Assembly: GCA_951406725.2 (NCBI GenBank)
Contig: OX597826.1
Coordinates: 31,000,001-31,064,000, forward strand
Length of the DNA: 64,000 bases
From: Octopus vulgaris
Taxonomy: Eukaryota
Direction: 5' to 3'
The notes below the pieces were generated by a model. The model was given only the letters and a program-made list of their open reading frames with translations. It was not told the origin of the DNA and did not search any database. The position numbers were made by a program, and so were the translations under genes. Positions 55,428-64,000 of the stretch are shown piece by piece; position 1 is the first letter of the stretch, and every line of letters begins with the position of its first letter.

Positions 55428-57079
55428 CATACATACATGCATACACACACACACATATATACTCATTCTTAAATACATATACTTACAAATGGTAATTTGT
55501 AATATGGAGAAGTAAATAATATAACATAAAATGTGTGGAACACACGCACACACATGTATATATGTATGTGTGTGTGTATACATGTGTGTATTTCTGTTTA
55601 CTTAAATATGTTCTGTGTATGCTTTTTTTGCAACCAACAATGCTTATTAACGTCCTCACCAACAGAAACAAGAGGAGTAGCAGCAGCAGCAGCAGCAGCA
55701 GCAACAGCAACAGTCAGAGACATGATTCACGAGGAGCAGGTGTCGAAATGAATGCTGAAAACACTCGACTACATTTTCTCGAAAAATCTTCATCTTAATC
55801 GGAAACCAGTTGCTCCCGATGTGAACGCTACTGTTACTCCTCCTTCTGTTGCTGCTGCTGCTGCTATTGCTGCTATCGATGTTGTCATGCATAATGTTAT
55901 TAGTATTGTTGTTGTTGTTGTTGTTTACTTGTTATTTAGTTTATTTATTGTTGTTTTTGTTATTTTCTAAATCTCACTCTGCTCCAACACGCTCAAATTA
56001 AAAAAAAACACCAGCTCTAATTGCTATTGCTGTTGTCGTTGTTGTTGCTACTGCTGCTGTTACTACTGCTGTTACTACTGCTGTTACTACTGTTGTTGTT
56101 GTTGTTGTTGTTGTTAAGCAACAAGGCGGATAAGGGTGATTAGGTGATGGTCTAGGGCTTAGGGGCGAGAGACCCCAGACCTTGGGAAAAAAAAACTTTG
56201 GTCGTCTTGTTGTAGTCGAGGGCTCTTCGTTGACGCCCGACACCACTGAGAGGTGGCCCTCGAAGTCGCTGGAAATAGAAATCTCCAGGTCCAAATTCTT
56301 GAACAGCTGCTGTTGCTGTTGCTAGTAGTGGTGGTGGTGTTTGGCCCTGCTGAGTTCTGATTAACCAATCCAATTATCAAAGATAATCTACTCAAGACCA
56401 TTCCAAAATTTGTTTTCTTTTAAATCGCGGACATTTGTACAATGTTCTTGCATTAAGTTTTGTAAACGGTTAGGTTGTAATTTCAGGGTATTTGGCTGCT
56501 ATTTCTTATAAGCCACCGAACCCGCACAACCTTTCCTCATTGGTTCAGCCTGCCTAGGGATTCTAATTAATGGTGTGAAGAGAGGTCTTCAAGGGAGGAA
56601 ATCCGTATTTTATCCTCTGCTTCGTTGCGTCAGCCATTAAAAACCGCTCACACGTATGCACACACTAGCATACACACATATATGCTCATACATGTACTCA
56701 CCCGCATATACACAGACGCACATATACTCACATACACACACGTTCACGTACACACACACATATACGTTCACCTGTATAAGTGCATTCTCGTATACATACG
56801 CATACACATACTCGCTTACACTCATATACGCAGATGCACGCGAACGCACACACGCACACACATTTACACACACACACATTTACACACACACACACACACA
56901 CATTTACACACACACACGCGTGTACGCATGCACGAAAAAACCTTATCCACACCGGTGGATGTTTGTGTATGCGTACAATGTGTGTGTGTGTCTATACACA
57001 CACACACACATATATATATATATTCATATGATATACAATAAATATATAATCAAAATAGGCCACAGGATATCAGGAGGTA

Positions 57080-57167
57080 ATGCAGTACGATCGTTTCAAG
57101 TGACTTCATTTAATTGAACAATGCAACCATTACATCAATTTAAATGCAGAGCAATCCTCAGTTGCAT
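57080..57167 (-). ncRNA. Hammerhead with 57-nt stem II domain (left arm of palindrome)
   Basis: AUGCAA CUGAGGA [57 nt including CAUUUAAAUUGA/UCAAUUAAAUG helix] GAAA CGAUCG UA CUGCAU. Confidence 0.68.
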
Positions 57168-57348
57168 GAATATATAGAATTAAATTAAATCAAAACACAT
57201 GGACACATTAGTATAATTTTACCTAAAACCTCCAAAGCTGAAGTGAAGACAGCATGTTCTTTGTCAATCTCCTTACCTTCTTGGAGCTTTTAGGTAAAAT
57301 TATACTAATGTGTCCATCTGTTTTAATTTAATATAATTCTATGTATTT

Positions 57349-57436
57349 ATGCAGCTGAGTATTGCTCTGCATTTAAATTGATGTAATGGTCGCATTGTCC
57401 AATTAAATCGAGTCGCTTGAAACGATTGTACTGCAT
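57349..57436 (+). ncRNA. Hammerhead with 57-nt stem II domain (right arm; G8 mutated)
   Basis: AUGCAG CUGAGUA [57 nt] GAAA CGAUUG UA CUGCAU; perfect 6-bp stem I. Confidence 0.62.
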
Positions 57437-57552
57437 TACCTCTGGATATCCTTGTTGCTTATTTTGATTTTAATCACCTTATTTAGAAACTCTATGGATA
57501 ATACCGTACTAAATTCTGCTGCTTCAACTTAAGTACCTAATTCATCTGAATC

Positions 57553-57643
<91 letters not shown>

Positions 57644-57752
57644 CGAAACGTGAAATCCTCCTTTTTCTTTCCTTTCCTGAGCGTCCAATAACATTGTACT
57701 TATTCCACGTCCTCGCGCTGTTGTTTTTTCTTGCTTGTTCTTGTTTGGATTA

Positions 57753-57832
<80 letters not shown>

Positions 57833-57835
<3 letters not shown>

Positions 57836-58033
57836 TAATCCCTCGACTACCGCGGGTGTAACATTCCAAAACCTCCCACAGAAATAATTAAAATCTAAAA
57901 AAAATTAAATACCTATCGGCAGCAGAAACCCGTGATATACGGAGGAGTCCGCGATATAAATCTACATAGATTAGCCAGAAAAATCCGCAATGTACTGAGT
58001 GCGCGATAGGTGAACCGCGATATGGCAAGTGAT

Positions 58034-58038
<5 letters not shown>
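57833..58038. mobile_element. Tigger/pogo-like MITE inserted in (TA)n
   Basis: Ends CAGTAATCCCTCGACTACCGCGG ... CCGCGATATGGCAAGTGATTACTA form an imperfect TIR; embedded in TA repeats. Confidence 0.75.
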
Positions 58039-58083
<45 letters not shown>

Positions 58084-58135
58084 CAGGGATGGGCAGTTCA
58101 AAAAAAGAGCTATGTCTGACCACTATGAATAAGGA

Positions 58136-58189
58136 ACTTTTCCCGAAGAGTCATAGACGAAACAAAATATATTTTGTCGGACTAACGTT
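58136..58189 (+). ncRNA. Type I hammerhead-like motif with U4C core change
   Basis: UUC CCGAAGA GUC aua GAC GAAA CAAAAUAUAUUUUG UC GGA: canonical G10.1-C11.1 pair, 14-nt palindromic stem III. Confidence 0.72.
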
Positions 58190-58872
58190 TATGGATTAAG
58201 TATTCTATACATATGTCTGTGTGTGCGTGTGTATCTGTGTGTATGTATGTATGTATCGGTCTTCATTTGTATTGCCTATAAGTTCTACGCTGTTAACGTT
58301 GATAACATCCCATCCCCATCCACAGCAACAGTACTACTGATCGTGGTGATGCAAGTTGCTAGAAACTACAGTCAAATCTCTTCCAAAGTAACACTTTCTT
58401 GCTTTAAAAATAACAATAACAGCGAAACAGGATCCTAGATATAACGTTTTGAAAAAAAAAAGTAAAGTAAAAAAAGAGATTGACAGTATTTTCATGGTTG
58501 AACTGACTGCCATTTGATCAAAGGTCTGCTTGTACAGAGCCGACCTGGGGTTACACAACAACAGCATCAACAGGAACGACGACAACAACAACAATAGCAA
58601 CAAGAAATGTGACACTGTTGGATATGTTTAATAATGCATTGTCCATCACTTATCATCAGAAAGATTTGTCGTGTAAATTTTGGTCGATTCCGGAATGGAA
58701 TGACGTGTTCTATGGCTTGTGGAGAAATAAGCCTGGAATACATTGGATAGAATGGTTACAGGAAGAGATGACTTGTTTGCATAAAACATCAAAAGATTTT
58801 TGTGGATATTCAAACACTTCTATAAGTAGTAGAAAGGGGCACTTTACGAATAAATGGAGGCACTGCGTGGGT

Positions 58873-58916
<44 letters not shown>

Positions 58917-59044
58917 TGTGCACTCGTTTGTTTCTTTGCGTATTGGCGTGTGTTTTTCCGTGCGTACATGTGTGTTCATGCTTATATATATATATGTATG
59001 TATATGCGTTTATATACATATATACATAAACGCATATTCATATA

Positions 59045-59164
<120 letters not shown>

Positions 59165-59247
59165 CATGTGTATATGTGCATATATATGTATACATATGTA
59201 TATATTTGTGTATGCGAGTGTGTATGCGTCTGAGTGTGTGTGTTTGA

Positions 59248-59360
<113 letters not shown>

Positions 59361-59952
59361 TATGTGTATAAACATACATGCTCATGTGCACAGGCACACA
59401 TAGACATACGCTGTTTTCTTCTTTTTCTTTATTTTAATGGTTCGAAAACATGAAAGATCTCCACACAACTTTGCGTAAAAAATAAGTGTGCAGAACGTCT
59501 CTGTTTTATATATCCAATGTAAAATGTCTGACACGAACAGAGACATATGTGTATACATGAGAGTATTTATATGGACATATATTAGTGGTTAGGGTATTCG
59601 GATCACGATTGCAAGGTCATGTGTTCGAATCCTGGAAGCGCGTTGAGTCCTTGAGTAAGATACTTTATTTCGCGTTGCTCCAGTCCATTTAGCTGGTAAA
59701 AATGAATTGTACCTATAATTCTGTTTCACGCTGAATCTCCCTGAGAGCTACATTAAACATTCGCGTGTCAGTGGAGTACTCAGCCACTTGCTCATTAATT
59801 TCACAATGTGGTTGCTCCATTGGTCGAATCAACTGGAACATTTATCGTCGTAACCGACGGAGTACCAAAATAAAAAAAAAGAAAAGAAGAAATATGCGCG
59901 CAAGCAACGAGGTTATATCTCTTTTGCTAAACATTACCCTGGTGAAGTCAAT

Positions 59953-59994
<42 letters not shown>

Positions 59995-60242
59995 TTAAGG
60001 TAGAAAATATTTAAGTGGGGAAACACACATGATGGATATAAATAGACAAAGAGGTTACGTTCTGAGTTCAAATTCCGCCGAGGTCGACTTTGCCTTTCAT
60101 CCTTTCGGGGTCGATAAATAAAGTACCAGTTTCGCACTGAGGTCGATGTAATCGACTTAATCCCTTTGTCTGTCCTTGTTTGTCCCCTCTATGTTTAGCC
60201 TCTGGTGGGCAGTAAAGAAATATATATATAGACAAAGAGAAA

Positions 60243-60412
60243 AGATGAAAAAAAAACACATAAGATTTGTCTTGCAGGATTTAAGTGTATATTAGAGCCA
60301 TGATAATGATAAAGATATACAATTTTGTACAAAAGTAAGGACCGGTTTTGCATTGCTCATGGCCCTAATATACTTTTAAATCCTGTAAAACAAATCTGAG
60401 TTGTTTCATTTT
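60243..60412. repeat. Inverted repeat (arms about 60 bp); another at 10444-10478/10560-10592
   Basis: AGATTTGTCTTGCAGGATTTAAGTGTATATTAGAGCCATGA versus TCATGGCCCTAATATACTTTTAAATCCTGTAAAACAAATCT. Confidence 0.8.
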
Positions 60413-60419
60413 TTCTCAT

Positions 60420-60486
<67 letters not shown>

Positions 60487-60513
60487 TTATATGCTCATCT
60501 ATACACATATATG

Positions 60514-60805
60514 GTTTGTTCCTTCTCGAGCCACGCCTGGCTCATAGGGCCGGTTTCCCTGGCGTAGCGGTTCCCCACCTAGACGGGACGCCGGTCCGTC
60601 GCAGGTGAGCTGCAAGATGCAGAAGGAAAGAGTAAGAGAAAGTTGTGGCGAAAGAGTCAGCAGAAGTTCGCCATTACCTTCTGCCGGAGCCGCGTGGACC
60701 TTGGGTGTTTCGCTCATAAACACACACATCGCCCGGTCTGAGGTTCGAACCCGCGATCTCTCGACCGCGAGTTCGCTGTTCTAACCACTAGTCATGTGCT
60801 TCCAC
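60514..60805 (-). mobile_element. SINE family B: head + body1 + tail Y
   Basis: Body1 (GTGTTTATGAGCGAAACACC..GCTCCGGCAG) followed by GCGACGGACCGGCGTCCCGTC..GAAACCGGCCC.ATGAGCC. Confidence 0.85.
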
Positions 60806-61181
60806 ATACACATACATACACATCGAAAATCACATGTTGAATGAAATCACGTGTCTGCAAATGGGGTTACTTAGAAGTGAAACTTGCAAAAGCGAGTCAA
60901 GCCTTCAACTGGAATGCGAAGTCTCTGTATAGACAAATCAATTTCTAATACTTTTTCCAATGTTTCCAAAAGCAACGCCAAATCCATCGTGTCCAGTGGT
61001 ATCGAAGGAACACAAATAGCCTCAGAAAGATGCAAATCTTAAAGAACAGCTCATCTGTCTTCCAAACATCTTGACATTAGATATTGAGAAATTGTGGGTG
61101 AGAGACACTTTTCGAGCGAAGTCGACTACGAACAATTTAACCAACAATTAGTGAATTAACTGAGCCGTTTGAGCAGTGTGT

Positions 61182-61225
<44 letters not shown>

Positions 61226-61285
61226 GTGTATACATATATATATATACATGTATACATATATATATATAACACATATATATATATA

Positions 61286-61425
<140 letters not shown>

Positions 61426-61864
61426 TAGTTAAACAATTGTTTGTGATTAATCTATATATCCATATTTTTGTTATTTTTTCTTTTGTCTTGCTCGCTTACG
61501 TTTCCGGTGTGCCACATTTTCTAGAGAACAATTCTTAGTGGTTGAGACCATAGCGGATCTCCTTCTAGCGTAAGGACTTCCACATAGTGGTTCCCTCTTA
61601 TATTTATGTATATATATATATACGTGTATTCATAGATGTACATATAAATGTTTGTGTTTATATAGTTATATATACATATCTCTGTGTGTGTATACATGTA
61701 TGTATGTATGTATGCATTTATATACAGGAAAAAGTAATATACAATTTGCGTGTTGTGTGGGAGTGAAAGAAGCGACAGCTTAAAGAAATAAATTTTTTTT
61801 CTTCTATTATTATGCCAATTTGATTTTGTGCGATGTGTATATACACACATACATGCACACGCAC

Positions 61865-61927
<63 letters not shown>

Positions 61928-62825
61928 TGTATGCATGTATATATCGCAGAAGGTCAAAATGCAATAATAATAGAAGAAAAAAGAAAAGATGGTTTAAGAA
62001 ATAATCGTTTATAATGTAGTGATTTATGATGTAACCAGAAGTGGTAGAAAAAACACAAATACAGAGAGAGAGACATCTTTTCTGTGTTAGTTTTTTATTA
62101 CTTATTTAGTATTATTTTTTATTGTCAACCATATCCGGTCGTCTGTCAAAGGCAGTTTGAAAAACGGTGAAATTTAAACTTCATTCTACATGAAAACGGA
62201 CAGCTATTCGTTATTCATATGACATTTGTAACCTTAAACAACTGATTAACTAAATATTTTGAGCGGAAACGAAAGCCATTTTGAAATTTTAAACGCAAGC
62301 TATATGGATTATTGCTTCTTTTTGTTTTAGCTTGGTTTTACTACCACAGCAATATGGTTTTATCATGGCGTTTGTTAAGTTTACTGCAACACACTGCTCA
62401 CCCTATGGGAGATTGCCGTGTTGATGTATGCTATTTTTGCATCGCTTATATTTTATGAGAAAAATTAGGTCGGTAGACATGGCGTGTCCTTCAAAGCCAA
62501 ACTAGAGCACGTTTCTGTGTTCAAGTCCCGCAGAGATATGCTTTGTGTATGATTCGTCTCTCTGTTGGTGATAAAGAAAGGCGATAAACAAAATACAGAA
62601 ATAATACAATGAATATTTTTATATCTGGAAAATATAATTGATAGCGATTGACTCAAACATGTTGTTGGTAGTTATTTTATCGATCCAAGAGAGAGGAATT
62701 TAAGCTTTAAATTAACTCCGTTGAGATTTGAACATAGATCTGTTTACCGAACATGCATAAACCCAAACCCATCCGCATGCACCGCTGTATATATTTAATG
62801 TATAAGTATATATATGTAAATATAA

Positions 62826-62873
<48 letters not shown>

Positions 62874-63502
62874 ATAAAAATCACGTTAAGGATTTTTATC
62901 AAGTAGTCAGCATGCTATAAAAATTTATAGGCAATTACTACATTAAATTAATAAAAATGTACGTACGTATATTATTATATCATGGGAGATCGGGCGAAAA
63001 CGACCTTTCTTCAGCATGCTTGAAGTGCCGATATATATGAGCAAATTTAAGGACAAGCAAGTTAGACAAGTCGGTATACATGTATATCGACTTGCCTAAC
63101 TCACATTTAATCCTCTACCTGTTGAAGTTCAAATCCCTTTCGCACTACGAAGTGTATTCTATACAGAGAATACCTATCTCTAATCTATAAACTATATATA
63201 TATATATATACACGTAAATGTCGAACAATGAAAGTGAGAGCTCAACACCGCATTGGTGGACATAATTTTTTTATTTGTGAAAAAAGGCTACCATTAGTTT
63301 CATGTTAAGAAAAGCAGGAAAATATCCTAATGTTTCAACAATTTTTCAAGTCAATCATATGGAGAAGTGTGTTTGCCTCCATTTCGGAAACCACATCATC
63401 GTTTAGTTCGCGGAGATTCTCCTGAATTCACGTAAATAAAACACTGGTTACCGTGAACGTGAATAAAAATCAAAAAGTTGAGGAATGGAGTAGATAAAAT
63501 CC

Positions 63503-63551
<49 letters not shown>

Positions 63552-64000
63552 GTATCTATGTATCTATGTATGTATGTATGTATATATTCATACATATTTA
63601 TGTGTATAGATATATATACGATGGACGAGTTATTGGTCGGGCCAACGCTATAGAAAACACTTGCCCGAGTTGCTGCGAAGTGAGACTGAACTCGAACCAC
63701 CTAGTTGCAAAGCGAGCTTGTTAATCAGTCTCGATTGGTCTTGTGTGTATGAGTGAATGTGTTGGTGTATGTGTGTGTGTATTTGCCTCATACATAGATG
63801 GATAGATAGATAGGTAGGTAGGTAGGTAGGTAGGTAGGTAGGTAGGTAGGTAGGTAGGTAGGTAGGTAGGTAGGTAGGTAGGAAGGTAGGAAGGTAGGTA
63901 GGAAGTTAGGTAGGTAGGCAGGCAGGTAGGTGAGCTGGCAGAAACGTTAGCGCGCCGGGCGAAATGCGTAGCCGTATTTCGTCTGCCGTTACGTTCTGAG

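Larger units (their letters stand above)
57049..57470. repeat. Long imperfect palindrome (arms about 190 bp)
   Basis: 57049-57238 is the reverse complement of 57278-57470. Confidence 0.92.

Overview
AT-rich, microsatellite-saturated eukaryotic non-coding DNA. The compound (TA)/(CA)/(GA)/(GATA)/(CATA)n tracts and the SINE repertoire suggest a coleoid cephalopod, probably Octopus (inference). The only long intact coding region is a 5'-truncated RTE-clade LINE (reverse transcriptase ORF 23568-25106, minus) with a 13-bp target-site duplication and a (TGA)n tail that starts at its own stop codon. Also present: a decayed Dong/R4 LINE 3' end, a decayed DD37D Tc1/mariner, several MITEs, dozens of tRNA-derived SINE copies (one family with swappable body/tail modules, one forming tandem concatemers) and a few isolated exon candidates. 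The main hidden signal is about 13 complete or near-complete type I hammerhead ribozyme (HHR) motifs plus several halves. Most lie in short inserts beside (TA)n/(CA)n tracts and many have the palindromic stem III typical of Penelope-like elements (PLEs). Several carry an unusually enlarged stem II of about 40-77 nt, and some occur as inverted pairs with both 3' ends pointing outward. Nearly all other ORFs in the six-frame track are microsatellite artefacts. All folds and alignments were done by eye; repeat boundaries are approximate unless a TSD or TIR is given.
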